Positions 37,906 to 47,990 of a stretch of DNA of 64,000 bases are shown piece by piece. Source of the DNA: Planctomycetota bacterium. GTDB taxonomy: Bacteria > Planctomycetota > Brocadiia > JAADGH01. Both the position numbers and the translations under genes were made by a program. Numbering within the stretch: the stretch's first letter is position 1; every line of letters begins with the position of its first letter. Under the pieces are notes generated by a model. The model saw only the letters and a program-made list of their open reading frames with translations. It had not been told where the DNA came from and did no database searches. The DNA is taken from contig JBFMAD010000004.1 of the NCBI GenBank assembly GCA_040755855.1, positions 64,001-128,000 on the forward strand, read 5' to 3'.

Positions 37906-40434
37906 TCAGTAAGTCCTTTCCTTTGGGATGTCCTGTTCGCGCCCTCGCCAACGGATGCGCAAGTCGCCGAAGCCGTGGAAGATCCGCGTGCGCCCGCCGT
38001 CCAGCCGGATCGTGAAGAGCACGGGTTTGTCATACCGCCGGCCGGCCCAGCTTGAGGCGTAAAAGGCAGTGAAGCTCGGCGACTCGATGAGAAAGCCATA
38101 GGTCGGCAGCGCGACGTCTCCACCCGCCTCGGACTTGGCCACGAACTCAGTGGGACCGAAATTCACCGTGACCGTCGCAGAAGGTTGTTGAGAACCCAAG
38201 AACGGAATTGCGTCCAATATGCCGGCCTTCTTCCCCGCGCCGAATGTCGCCCGGCGGACCATCCGGTCGGGCGTGAGAAACTCAAACTTCACGAGCCTGG
38301 AATGCGCCGTGATCTCCGCAAGCGGGCCGAGGATTTCGTGCGTGTTCTTCACAAAGCGGTCGGTGAGGCATAGGCCCTCCGCCCAGCCGTTGTCCGCGCG
38401 GGCAAAGCAGGGGGGATCGCCCAACGTGGGGCGCGGCTCGACCTTCTCGAAGCCGATGGCCGGCTTCAGCCGGAGCCGCCCGACGAGGACGCGGTGATCA
38501 ATCCCGCACCCCGGCAGCTTCGCGCGCGGCAGGTCGCCTTCGGGTCGGAAAAGCCCGATGAATACGTCAACCGCGTCGGCGGCGACCTTGTCCGGGATCG
38601 CCACCTCGAACGGTCCGTCCTCAATCGCCTCGCCCGCGCGCCAGGTGGACGTGGGCCGCGGCAGATCGTGATCATTCTGGAACGGGACCGGATCGCCCGC
38701 GCCGAAGTGAACGAAGGCCCGCCAGTCGCCCGACACGTCGGCCTCGACCTGCCAGCGATATGAAATCTGAAATCTGCGATCCGCAATCTGCTTCACCGAT
38801 TCCACGCTCGGCCTGACCTTCACCTCCGCCGCCTCGGCCTTGCCCGCGTCCTGCCAGTAGAGGTGGTGGGGGAAGGAATGGTAGTGGAGCGTCCGCCCGC
38901 ACAGCGCGTGATGGACGACGTACTCCGCCGCCGCCTCCGCATGGTAGCCGTACTTCCCGAAGACGACCTCGCAGTCGTGATAGACCATCTCGAAGAGCGG
39001 GATCACCGTCGCGCCGAGCGTCGCCGGGTCCAGGCTGTGGAAGTATTTCCCGCTCACGCCGCTCAGTCCCTCGAAGAACTCGCTATGGGGGATTGCCCAC
39101 TCGCGCCCGCACTCCGAGCCGAAAAGCCCGAACACGTCGCGGGCGTAGTCGCTGAGCTTCTGCTTCCATCGGATGTCGTCCGCGCAGGTCATCGGATGCT
39201 TCGGGTCGAAACACTCCTGCGGCCCGACGGCGTAGGTCGTGTCAATGAAGTAGGCCTGCGGCGCGAAGAGCCTTTGCACATCGGGAAGGTTCTGCGGGCG
39301 CTGGGCCAGCTCCAGCGTCTTCGGCGCGCACACGAGCCACGCCCGGCCGCCCAGCCACCGCCCCCCCGCCATCGGCGTGCCGTCCGGTTTCTTCTGGATG
39401 CAGTCCGGGTCCCACGACTTCGCGTCCCGATACATGTCCTGATAGTTGTCGTGGAAGCATGCCACGTAGCCGAGCGCCTTGATCCGGCGCACCGCGTCGG
39501 CGAGGGCGTCGTTCCCGCCGCACTCCGGGTTTGCGGGGAGCGCATCGGGGTGGCGGCAGTCGTAGCCGCCCTCCGTCCAGCCGCCGACGATGAAGAGGCA
39601 TCGCTCGACGTCGAGGTCGCGCCGCAGATGCTCGGCGACGCGGGCGGCCTCGTCAAACGTCCAGCACACGGTCACTGATTCGTCCTTCGTGCTCTCCTCG
39701 TTTCGCCGCCGCGCCAGGCAGGTCCACAGCTTGGCGTTCGACGCCCCGATCAACTTCGCCGCCTCCGGATTGCGTTTGATCTTCTCCGCCATCGTAACGG
39801 CCAGCCCCTTCGCCTTCGCCGCCTCGCGGTATGCGCCCGCTACGGCGTTCCAGTCGCCGCGGCCGAGCGGAGTCAGCTTCAGAGAGATCGTGGACTTTTT
39901 CCCGTGGGCGGGAACGCGGGCATGGACCGTGCACGTCATGCCCTGCTTCGTCTTTTTCAGCTCCGGGGTCACATACGGGTCGTCCCAGGTCATGAGCAGC
40001 GCGGAGCCGCGCTTGAGGAAGCCCATCATGTTCATGTGGCAGCCCTCGTAGCCGGATGTACCGAAGCCGCGCTTGAACTCGACCGGCCCGTCCGCCGACA
40101 CGAGCAGCCCCTCGCGCGCGGGCACGAGCGCACAGCCCGCGTCGCCCGCCGCCATGCCGAGAGCCTCGTTGAGCAACGGAACCGATCGCCCGGGATCGAG
40201 ATCGGCGCTTACCACCGCGCTTCGCCCTTCGTCGGCAAGCTGCACCTGCGCGGTGGCGCCCAGATCCCAAAGCACACCGCTGGCCTTGTCGAGAAGCGCA
40301 ACACGGCCCGTCGCCGCGTCTGTTGTGATCTTCAGCCACTTGCTTTCCATCATCTCACCCGAGACCTCCGTACAGATCGCTAATAGGACAAACACGATGC
40401 AGAAAACGAGATTGTATGCAGTACATTTTTCCAT
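37906..40434 (-). CDS. Secreted DUF5696/GH101-GH129-like putative glycoside hydrolase (start uncertain)
   Basis: GW..GGYD..HPD..PAN...GG, HDNYQD.Y, YFIDTT, FGSE.G..WA, IPLFEMVYHD. Confidence 0.75.
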   Translation of the reverse strand: MEKCTAYNLVFCIVFVLLAICTEVSGEMMESKWLKITTDAATGRVALLDKASGVLWDLGATAQVQLADEGRSAVVSADLDPGRSVPLLNEALGMAAGDAGCALVPAREGLLVSADGPVEFKRGFGTSGYEGCHMNMMGFLKRGSALLMTWDDPYVTPELKKTKQGMTCTVHARVPAHGKKSTISLKLTPLGRGDWNAVAGAYREAAKAKGLAVTMAEKIKRNPEAAKLIGASNAKLWTCLARRRNEESTKDESVTVCWTFDEAARVAEHLRRDLDVERCLFIVGGWTEGGYDCRHPDALPANPECGGNDALADAVRRIKALGYVACFHDNYQDMYRDAKSWDPDCIQKKPDGTPMAGGRWLGGRAWLVCAPKTLELAQRPQNLPDVQRLFAPQAYFIDTTYAVGPQECFDPKHPMTCADDIRWKQKLSDYARDVFGLFGSECGREWAIPHSEFFEGLSGVSGKYFHSLDPATLGATVIPLFEMVYHDCEVVFGKYGYHAEAAAEYVVHHALCGRTLHYHSFPHHLYWQDAGKAEAAEVKVRPSVESVKQIADRRFQISYRWQVEADVSGDWRAFVHFGAGDPVPFQNDHDLPRPTSTWRAGEAIEDGPFEVAIPDKVAADAVDVFIGLFRPEGDLPRAKLPGCGIDHRVLVGRLRLKPAIGFEKVEPRPTLGDPPCFARADNGWAEGLCLTDRFVKNTHEILGPLAEITAHSRLVKFEFLTPDRMVRRATFGAGKKAGILDAIPFLGSQQPSATVTVNFGPTEFVAKSEAGGDVALPTYGFLIESPSFTAFYASSWAGRRYDKPVLFTIRLDGGRTRIFHGFGDLRIRWRGREQDIPKERTY
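40403..40434. repeat. Palindromic TGTAY-NCA-GTACA site; related copies at 41016-41047 and 62014-62038
   Basis: 26/32 identity between 40403-40434 and 41016-41047; 62014-62038 is a perfect 11-bp-arm version. Confidence 0.6.
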
Positions 40435-40450
40435 CTGAGCGCCAGGTCCT

Positions 40451-40981
40451 TTAACGAGATTTGACTTTCGCCTCCGTGAGAAGGATATCCGGCCCGTTGG
40501 TGTGAAAACAAAGCTTACCAAGCTCATCGGTGGGCATCTTGAATTGAAGCGTCTGCGAGTCAACCCGAAGCTGTGCGCCTGTCCGAGAAATCTTGGCAGT
40601 GATTTGGTGTGTACCCACCCCAAGGGCACATGAGGAAGCTTGCACTGGTATTGCTGACTGTTCGGGGTATGCCGATGCGCGAACTCTGCCGTCCGCGTTG
40701 AAAACCACTTGCAGGCGAGATACTCCTGTTATCCCATGACGCCAATACAAGGCAAAATAGCTATAACCGTTAACGCCCTCTTTCCATGCGCGAATGTTGA
40801 CTCTGAGGGTCAGCGTTGCCTCTTTGCTTAGGGGTTCTTCGTATTCGAGCGTTCCCAAGGTAGAAGCCATGCCATTTTTTTCACTGCGCCATTCGCCCTC
40901 AATCACCTTCCATCCTTTGAGCGTTTGCGGCTTGTCAGCAGCGATGATCAGCAGAGGCAACGCGAGCAGTAGGCGTTTCAT
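40451..40981 (-). CDS. Hypothetical secreted beta-sandwich (ConA/DUF1080-like) protein
   Basis: GGAGG RBS, signal peptide MKRLLLALPLLIIAA, W....G.W start; lower GC. Confidence 0.55.
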   Translation of the reverse strand: MKRLLLALPLLIIAADKPQTLKGWKVIEGEWRSEKNGMASTLGTLEYEEPLSKEATLTLRVNIRAWKEGVNGYSYFALYWRHGITGVSRLQVVFNADGRVRASAYPEQSAIPVQASSCALGVGTHQITAKISRTGAQLRVDSQTLQFKMPTDELGKLCFHTNGPDILLTEAKVKSR

Positions 40982-41051
40982 GGCAAGACCTCCTTTCCAC
41001 AGCAAGTATACCGCAAAGACAAAATTGTACTCAGTACATTTTTGCATTTTG

Positions 41052-42314
41052 CTACATGTTTTCCTTTCGCCAGCTTGCGCGGCAGAGGTGGACCTTGCCC
41101 GGGGGAGAGATGCGGAAGTCAATTTTCACGCGGTCTACCTTCTCGCCGACATCGAACGTGTAGCTTTTCTCCTGCCACTGTGCGCTGAGCGGGACGGGAT
41201 CGAGTGACTTCTTCTCGCCCTCGGTGTAGTTCCATTTCTCGTCAATCTCGATGAATGTGACGATCGGCGTAATCGTCCGCGGCGTCTCGTCCGCCAAGCG
41301 CGCGGTGATGGCGAACTCCGTCCGGCCCGGTTCGGGACCGTAGATCCATGTACCTGTGCCGTTCTCAAACGCCGCCGCGCGATTCTTTGATGAGGTCTTC
41401 ACATCCGGCGGCGCGTAGCCGCACTGGAGGAAGCCGTCGGGCCGGTCGTTCTTGTCAATGTCGGACGCGAACGTCGGATTGGGCATCTGCTCGGTCCGCT
41501 TGTCGAAATGATCGCGCGGGTTCTGGACCGCCTTCACGGCGTCGGCCATCACCATCCACGGCAGATTGTTCTCGCGGACGAACTTGCAGATTTCCTCCAG
41601 CCCCTGCGCCGTGCCGTCCTCGTCCTTAACCACGTGCCAGAGAGGGATTACGACGAGTCCATGTTGAATCCCGTCGGTCATCCGGGTCTTGACGCACTCC
41701 GTCTCCTTGACCGAATCCCCCTTTCCGCCGTTGTATCCCCAACTGCCGATTCCCCCACGTCCGAGGCTGAGGGGATCGTCCTTGAGATGCCAGTGCATGT
41801 TGTGGATTCGATATGGCGGCAGTCCCACGCGGCCCGCAGCGTAGTCATAGTGTTTGGCAAGCGTGCGGCGCAGCGGCTCCGACCATCCCTGCCCCTTGCC
41901 GCCGGGCTCGTTCCAACCGCGGGTCTTGACGCCGAGTTTTTCGAGGATGGCCAGCGACTTCTCGATGCGCTCCGGCCATTGCTTCTCGTTGGCGGGATTG
42001 CCCCAGAAGGCGGCCTCGTGGAAGAGCGTGTGGTCGTGGATCTCGTGGCCGGCCTTGTGCATCTCGCGGACCTGGTCGCTGGTCAGGCGGCCGGGCTTGT
42101 CGAGATGCCCTGTCACCACCCCGAAGCTCCCTTTCTGGTTGTATTTTTCGAGGATGCGAAAGCCATAGGTGTAGTGCCCGATCGTGCTGTCGTCAAACTG
42201 GAACACGACGATGCCGATGCGGTGATCCATCTTCTTGCCCCCCGATGCCGCATCCGCGCCGCACGGCGAGACGATCATGGCCCACAACAGTATCGCAAAC
42301 AAGGTGCGTTGCAT
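41052..42314 (-). CDS. Secreted polysaccharide deacetylase (NodB/CE4-like) with C-terminal beta domain
   Basis: FQFDDS, GHEIHDHTLFH, IPLWH. Confidence 0.8.
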   Translation of the reverse strand: MQRTLFAILLWAMIVSPCGADAASGGKKMDHRIGIVVFQFDDSTIGHYTYGFRILEKYNQKGSFGVVTGHLDKPGRLTSDQVREMHKAGHEIHDHTLFHEAAFWGNPANEKQWPERIEKSLAILEKLGVKTRGWNEPGGKGQGWSEPLRRTLAKHYDYAAGRVGLPPYRIHNMHWHLKDDPLSLGRGGIGSWGYNGGKGDSVKETECVKTRMTDGIQHGLVVIPLWHVVKDEDGTAQGLEEICKFVRENNLPWMVMADAVKAVQNPRDHFDKRTEQMPNPTFASDIDKNDRPDGFLQCGYAPPDVKTSSKNRAAAFENGTGTWIYGPEPGRTEFAITARLADETPRTITPIVTFIEIDEKWNYTEGEKKSLDPVPLSAQWQEKSYTFDVGEKVDRVKIDFRISPPGKVHLCRASWRKENM

Positions 42315-42336
42315 GGGAGCCCTCCCTTCTGTTCGA

Positions 42337-45213
42337 TTACTCCAGCACCAGATACCCCGCCTCCTCCAGCCGATAGGCCGATCCCATCGGACCGACCCAG
42401 CAGATCCACTGGCCGGTCTCGTTCCGATGGACGGCCAGGTTGAAAGCCAGCTTGAGTCCCGCCTTCGGCGTGATCCCCGCCGCCGCGATGGGGATGGCCC
42501 ACTCGCAGGTCCATTCTTTCTCCCCCACCTTCACGGCATAACGAACGGCCTTGCCGAGATTCTCCGCCACATCGGCCGGGGCCTTGGCGAGGGTTACACT
42601 CTCGTGAAGGCCGGAAAGGAACCCATGAAGCACGAAGATCGGGCCCGGCTTCTCGCCGGACAAATCCTGGAAGCAAACCTCCATCGCATCGTCCGGGCCC
42701 CACTTCTCCGTCCGCACCAACTTCGACACGTCCTTGATCGGCACGGCGACAGCGACGTAAAGACATTGATCGTCCCAGCATACCTGCGCCGAGCAGGCCG
42801 GGCCTTCGATGGGCAGGCGCTGGGGCGTCTGGTTCATGGCCATCGCCGCCTCCGGCCACTCGCCGGGGGAGAGGACGCCGTCCACCTGCGGCGGGTTCCC
42901 GATTTTATTTGTCATAAATGGCGTCGTATTGCGCGGATACGGATTGGCCTTCGCGGGCTTTGGCGGCGGCTTGGGCATGAGGTCGAGCTTGAGCGGATGC
43001 TCGCGCACGCCCTCGGCCTCGACGATGGGCCACGAGGCGCGGAGCGGGTCGTCGTATGGCCCGATCTTCTCGACGGGGATTTGCTTGATGCCCAGCTTGT
43101 GCGCCGGCGACTCTGGCCTCAGACAGAAGTCGTCGTTTTTTGCATTCACGAATAATGGATCGGCCACGATCGAGTGCGCATCGAAGCCGAGCTTCTTCCA
43201 CTCCTCCCACTGCTTCTCCGGCGGGACTTTGTCCATGCCGACTGTGATTGGATTGCCGAAGGTCCAGATGAGATTGTAGTCTGATTCCGTCGTCGCCGCC
43301 CGCAACTCGCGCTGGAAATAGAGCTTCGCTGCTGGATCGGAATAGCAGCATACGTTGCGGAGGAACTTGTTGCCAGCCATCTGGTTCCATTCGTTTTCGT
43401 CGCTTTGGAACATCTGGACCAGGCCGGGGTATTTTTGGTACACGGGGAGTTTGCCGAACTTCATCAGGTCGTCCACGCGCCCCTTGGCCCCGGCCTTGCA
43501 CTCGGGCAGGTTCGCGGCGCCGTTGTACCACATCTGCGCGGTCTTGCCGTCAATGAGGAAGTTGTTCTCGATCACATTGTCGCGTCCGCCGTGGATAAAC
43601 GGCCCGCCGAGGACGATCCGCGCGCAGATGTTGCCATAGACCGTCGTGCCGGACGTGAAGTTGTCGAGGTAGATTCCCCAGCAATAATACGGCGAGACCC
43701 ACTCCCCGTCGCGGTTTTTTCCGAAGCCGATCGTGTCGTGGATGTAGTTGTAGCGCAGGATCGTCCCGCGCATGGTCCAATTGCTGTTGCAGGCGTTGAT
43801 GCCCGCCGTGTCGGAGATCTCCGTGTTGGTGTGACGGACATGGTTAAGCTCAATGATATGATCGCTGCCGTGCCACCGGATGCCCTGGCGCGGCGTGTCG
43901 TGGACGAGGTTGCGCGACATGCGGTTCCCCACGCCGTCGCAAGAGAGGCCGCTGGCTGCCTTGTAGAGAATCCCGATATGATGGATGTAGTTGTTGTCCG
44001 CGTAGTTGTTGCAGGGGGTCAGCGTCTCGCGGTCGCCGCCGCTGAGGCTGATGCCGTTGCCGCCGACGTCGTAGATGTCGTTCCCCACGGCGCCGTTGCT
44101 CGTGCCGCCGTTCAGACTGACGGCAGAGCCGCGAAACCCGCCGATATTTCGGATGGTGTTCCTGGCGATCAGGCAATGCTCCGACTGCCAGGCGTTTACG
44201 CCAAATTCATCGGCGCACTCGATGGTAAAGCCCTGGATGGTGATGTAGGACGCTTTCCACAGACTGACGACGGCCTTCGTGGTCGGCGCGGCGACGACGG
44301 CCCCCTCCAGCGTTCCAGGCGGCCAGAAATAGAGCGTCCGGTTCGCCTTGTCGAGATACCACTCCCCAGGCGCGTCCAGTTCTTCGAGAAGGTTGTGCAC
44401 ATAAAACCGGCAACCTGGCTTCATTCCGAAACGCCGGTCGCCAAGGAAATTCTCGAATCCATTGTCGGGCTTCAGGTGGATAAGCCCCTTCTCTTTGTCC
44501 ACAGATGCGACCCCAACGATATGGTTCCACCAGTTGTGGTTGGGGTGCAGGAAGACCTCGCCCTCCTCCGGGTGCGCCCAGTTATGGATGTACTCGGGCC
44601 GGACATGGAGTGTGCGGCGCTCCTCAACTGTCTCCTCGATGGGCTTGCCATAGTGCTGCACCACATCGCCGGGGATGAAGGCCCAGCCGCCGCAGACAGG
44701 GGCATCAGGATCGAAGTTCGGATAGCGCGCCAAGTGCTGTCGTTTGCCGTTGTAAAAAAGTTGACGGAAGGGAAACTCGGAAAAGCCCTGGGCCTTCAGA
44801 TCGGCCTTGAGGATTTCACCCTTGTGGGGGACGAAGCCGGTGATGGGCCTGCCCCCGACGAGGATCGCCTTCTCGTTCTCATAGGCCCGATAAACGATCC
44901 GGCCCTCCGCCGCGCCGGAGTCTTCGGGACGGAGTTCGAGTCCATCGGCAAGAAAGTATGTCCCGGCGCGGACGAAGACCGTCGCGCCCTTCGGCAGGCC
45001 GTCCTTCTTCTTTGCCTCACGGATCACTTCCCGCGCGCGGGTGATCGTGGCTAAGGGGCCGTTGGTCTTCTCGGCGTTCGCCTCGGCGAGTATCCCCGAC
45101 CATTGGTCATTCCCGTTCGCGGCAACGTAGAACACCGCCCCCGTCTGCTCCTGCGCCATGGCGGATGTAACCCAAAGAACGACGGCCAGACAGAGATTCA
45201 ATCCTCTCACCAT
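42337..45213 (-). CDS. Secreted right-handed parallel beta-helix protein with C-terminal CBM9-like module
   Basis: FYVAANGND.WSG, ARYPN, LEELDAPGEWYLD, GIYLDN..SG, DGVLSPGEW, WTCEWAIP. Confidence 0.8.
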   Translation of the reverse strand: MVRGLNLCLAVVLWVTSAMAQEQTGAVFYVAANGNDQWSGILAEANAEKTNGPLATITRAREVIREAKKKDGLPKGATVFVRAGTYFLADGLELRPEDSGAAEGRIVYRAYENEKAILVGGRPITGFVPHKGEILKADLKAQGFSEFPFRQLFYNGKRQHLARYPNFDPDAPVCGGWAFIPGDVVQHYGKPIEETVEERRTLHVRPEYIHNWAHPEEGEVFLHPNHNWWNHIVGVASVDKEKGLIHLKPDNGFENFLGDRRFGMKPGCRFYVHNLLEELDAPGEWYLDKANRTLYFWPPGTLEGAVVAAPTTKAVVSLWKASYITIQGFTIECADEFGVNAWQSEHCLIARNTIRNIGGFRGSAVSLNGGTSNGAVGNDIYDVGGNGISLSGGDRETLTPCNNYADNNYIHHIGILYKAASGLSCDGVGNRMSRNLVHDTPRQGIRWHGSDHIIELNHVRHTNTEISDTAGINACNSNWTMRGTILRYNYIHDTIGFGKNRDGEWVSPYYCWGIYLDNFTSGTTVYGNICARIVLGGPFIHGGRDNVIENNFLIDGKTAQMWYNGAANLPECKAGAKGRVDDLMKFGKLPVYQKYPGLVQMFQSDENEWNQMAGNKFLRNVCCYSDPAAKLYFQRELRAATTESDYNLIWTFGNPITVGMDKVPPEKQWEEWKKLGFDAHSIVADPLFVNAKNDDFCLRPESPAHKLGIKQIPVEKIGPYDDPLRASWPIVEAEGVREHPLKLDLMPKPPPKPAKANPYPRNTTPFMTNKIGNPPQVDGVLSPGEWPEAAMAMNQTPQRLPIEGPACSAQVCWDDQCLYVAVAVPIKDVSKLVRTEKWGPDDAMEVCFQDLSGEKPGPIFVLHGFLSGLHESVTLAKAPADVAENLGKAVRYAVKVGEKEWTCEWAIPIAAAGITPKAGLKLAFNLAVHRNETGQWICWVGPMGSAYRLEEAGYLVLE

Positions 45214-45347
45214 GAATACCTCCTCTGTTTACAGACGCCTCGCGGACTGCCGGAGATTGTAGCACATATTCGCCGCTTCGCCAACGGGCAATCCATTTCC
45301 GGAAGTCCGTTGCTTTTCGTTCGATACAGTGTATAATCCTGGTATCG

Positions 45348-45510
45348 TAATCTTAATCCTAATCTTAATCTCTCCATCCACGCGGAACGGGCAAGAAGGG
45401 AAAGAGAGATTAGGATTAGGATTAGGATTAGGATTAGGATTAGGATTAGGATTAGGAGTAGGAGTAGGATTAGGATTAGGAGTAGGAGTAGGAGCAGGAG
45501 AAGGAGTAGG
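45348..45510. repeat. Hexamer microsatellite of about 17 GGATTA/GGAGTA units (45408-45510) with a complementary TAATCY tract (45348-45371)
   Basis: Directly visible; ends just before the RBS of the gene at 45526. Confidence 0.9.
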
Positions 45511-45525
45511 GTTTACGGAGGAACC

Positions 45526-46515
45526 ATGTCGGACCAAACTGCATCCCGGATAGACACCGTCGGACTCGTCGGTCTCGGCCTGATGGGCCGGGGCATCGCC
45601 GCCTGCCTGCTGAGTCACGGACTAAAGGTAGTGGCCTTCAACCGCACCCATGCGCGGATCGAGAAGGCTCGCACCTTCATCGCCGAGGCCATGCGGGACC
45701 TCGTCGAACACCACATCGCAAGGGAGTCGCAGGTCGCCGGCTGGGAGGAGCGCTTCCGAGTGGCGCGGTCGTTCAAGTGCCTGGCCGAGTGCCCCTTCAT
45801 CATCGAGTCGGTCAAGGAGGATCTGGACCTGAAGCACAGCCTCTACGCCGAGTTGGAGGAGTGCGTGCCCGCCGACGCAGTGATCGCGTCGAACACATCC
45901 AGCTTCCCCCTCGCTATGATCCAGGCCAAGGCGAAGCGCCCTGAGCGGTTCGTCGTCATGCACTGGTCCGAGCCGGCGTGGATCACGCGGTTCATGGAGA
46001 TCGTCAAGAACGAAAAGACCGCCGCCCACGCCCTCGCATTGACGAAACGCCTGGGCGAGATGTGCGACAAGGACCCAAGCGTCCTGAACCTGGACATCCG
46101 GGGCTTCATTACCAACCGCCTGATGTATGCGTTCATCCGCGAGGCGTGCTACCTGGCCGACGCGGGGGTGGCCGACATCGAGAGCATTGACCGCTCCTTC
46201 CGCAACGACGTCGGCTGGTGGGCCACCCTCGCCGGGCCGTTCCGGTGGATGGACCTGACGGGCATCCACGCCTATGGGCTGGTGATGCAGGGCCTGCTGC
46301 CTGACCTCTGCGACCGCAAGGGCCTACCCGACATCATGAAGAGGATGATGGAGCAAAACGCCGAAGGCACCGCCAACCACAAGGGCTTTTACTCCTACAA
46401 CCACGAGACCGCCAAGGCCTGGGAAGACGCATGGATTGACTTCACCTACGACATCCGAAAGTTGGTGGACAAGTACGATAAGCGGCTGAAGGATGCCGGG
46501 GCGATCGGAGCGTAG
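45526..46515 (+). CDS. 3-hydroxyacyl-CoA dehydrogenase family protein
   Basis: VGLGLMGRGIA, IIESVKEDLDLK, ASNTSS, GFITNRL, GPF..MDL.G. Confidence 0.92.
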   Translation: MSDQTASRIDTVGLVGLGLMGRGIAACLLSHGLKVVAFNRTHARIEKARTFIAEAMRDLVEHHIARESQVAGWEERFRVARSFKCLAECPFIIESVKEDLDLKHSLYAELEECVPADAVIASNTSSFPLAMIQAKAKRPERFVVMHWSEPAWITRFMEIVKNEKTAAHALALTKRLGEMCDKDPSVLNLDIRGFITNRLMYAFIREACYLADAGVADIESIDRSFRNDVGWWATLAGPFRWMDLTGIHAYGLVMQGLLPDLCDRKGLPDIMKRMMEQNAEGTANHKGFYSYNHETAKAWEDAWIDFTYDIRKLVDKYDKRLKDAGAIGA

Positions 46516-46524
46516 CGCGGCGGT

Positions 46525-47424
46525 TCAATCGGGCTTCGGGGCGATGACCACAAGACCGCGCGGGACGACGGAGAGATTCGCCGGCAGCAGGCCGACCGCA
46601 TCGCCGTCCAACTGCACGCGAACGGGGTCCTCGCTTTCCAGGCGGACCTCGCGCGCCGCGACGTGCGTCACATAGCGGTAGCGGAGGTGCCGACCGCCCA
46701 TGATTCCCCACAGGCAACGAAGCAGGTCCCGCGTGTTCTTCACGGACACGGCGCACACGTCGAGCAGACCGTCGTGGGGGTCGGCGCGAGGCGTCGGGCG
46801 GAACGGCCCGCCGTAGGTGCGGATGTTCCCGACGATCACCGAGGTCGCCGGCTTGAGAAGGGGGCTGCCCTCGATGGAGACGCGAATCTCAGGAAAGTGG
46901 AAATCGCGGATGCTCTGGAGTATGGGCACAACGTACTGATGGTATCGGCTCGACGTTCCCCGTACGCCCTTGTAGGCATGCGCCGCGTCGGCGTCCAGGC
47001 CCACGCCCGCCATGCACAGGAAAATCCTCTCAACACCCTCCGAAGGGAAGCAGGCTAGGCCGACGTCGATGGCGCGGGAGACCCCCGCTGCCAGCACGCC
47101 GGAGGCGCCCTTCAGGGAAAGCGGAATGCCCAGGTCCCTGGCAAAGACGTTTGCCGTCCCAAGGGGGAGGATGCCGAGGGGCGTGTCGGTCCTCAGAAGC
47201 CCCGAGGCCACCTCGTTGACCGTGCCGTCGCCGCCGGCGGCTACGACCATGTCGTAGTCTTTGCGCTTCTCTCGCGCTATCGTTTCAGCGTCGCCGCGTT
47301 GAGCGGTCTGGATGATCTCGGCCTCGATCTCTTGTTCCTTGAGCCGCTTTCGTATGCGAGCGGGGGTCCGCGCGCCCCATCGGGCGCCGGCAATGGGATT
47401 CATGATGACGAGGGCGTTTCTCAT
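46525..47424 (-). CDS. Diacylglycerol/lipid kinase family protein (YegS/DagK-like)
   Basis: NPIAG, AAGGDGTVNEV, LPLGTANVFA, VQLDGD. Confidence 0.92.
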   Translation of the reverse strand: MRNALVIMNPIAGARWGARTPARIRKRLKEQEIEAEIIQTAQRGDAETIAREKRKDYDMVVAAGGDGTVNEVASGLLRTDTPLGILPLGTANVFARDLGIPLSLKGASGVLAAGVSRAIDVGLACFPSEGVERIFLCMAGVGLDADAAHAYKGVRGTSSRYHQYVVPILQSIRDFHFPEIRVSIEGSPLLKPATSVIVGNIRTYGGPFRPTPRADPHDGLLDVCAVSVKNTRDLLRCLWGIMGGRHLRYRYVTHVAAREVRLESEDPVRVQLDGDAVGLLPANLSVVPRGLVVIAPKPD

Positions 47425-47821
47425 ACCTCTTCCAACATCCGGCGAAAGGTGCACCGTGAGTATAATAGCCGTACGCACACCCTGCGGTCAAGGGGGGCTT
47501 GTGCGACACTTCGTCCTTAGTGGCCGCGGTGGTCCGCTCTGTGGGATGGCGAGTCTCTCCTTCCATCGCCCCGCGGCCTTGATGATGCACAGCACGCCGC
47601 CCGCTGGCACACCCCTAACCAGGTACGCGTCTCCCTCCCTCTCGCTGCTGACAGACTTCTTTTCCTTGAGGAGATAGGAGAGGGCGGAGCATAGGGAAAG
47701 ACCGGGAAATGGACGCCACTTTACACTAATTCTCACTAACAGCCCTTCTCTGTGTGCAGGCGCGTCGCTCAACGTCTGTCTGAATTTTCGTCTCTCTTCA
47801 GCTCTTTGCCCTTCGAACCAT

Positions 47822-47850
47822 TTGACCGGCTCACAATTGCGTTGTATACT
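47822..47850 (+). promoter_or_regulatory. Sigma70 promoter upstream of the ankyrin gene
   Basis: TTGACC-N17-TATACT. Confidence 0.6.
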
Positions 47851-47888
47851 CATGTGGGGTGGCGTTCACGCCACCATTAGACTGGGGA

Positions 47889-47963
47889 ACCATGAAGGAC
47901 ACAAAGATCACGAAGAAAGCATCCACCATATATTTCTCCTCGTGTTCTTCCTGCCTTCATGGT
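47889..47963. repeat. Inverted nonamer-type element (ACCATGAAGGACACAAAG...CTGCCTTCATGGT); relatives near 50269-50333, 57457-57484 and 62270-62335
   Basis: Inverted arms built of CACGAAG/CTTCGTG-like units. Confidence 0.55.
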
Positions 47964-47990
47964 AAACATGGTACTGGAGCAATTAACTCA

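Noticed and set aside
45229..45618. ORFs with PNPNPN or GLGLGL tracts
   Set aside because: Translation of the hexamer microsatellite in a divergent intergenic region
47488..47853. 121-aa minus-strand ORF between the lipid kinase and ankyrin genes
   Set aside because: No motifs or RBS, overlaps a promoter; cannot be supported
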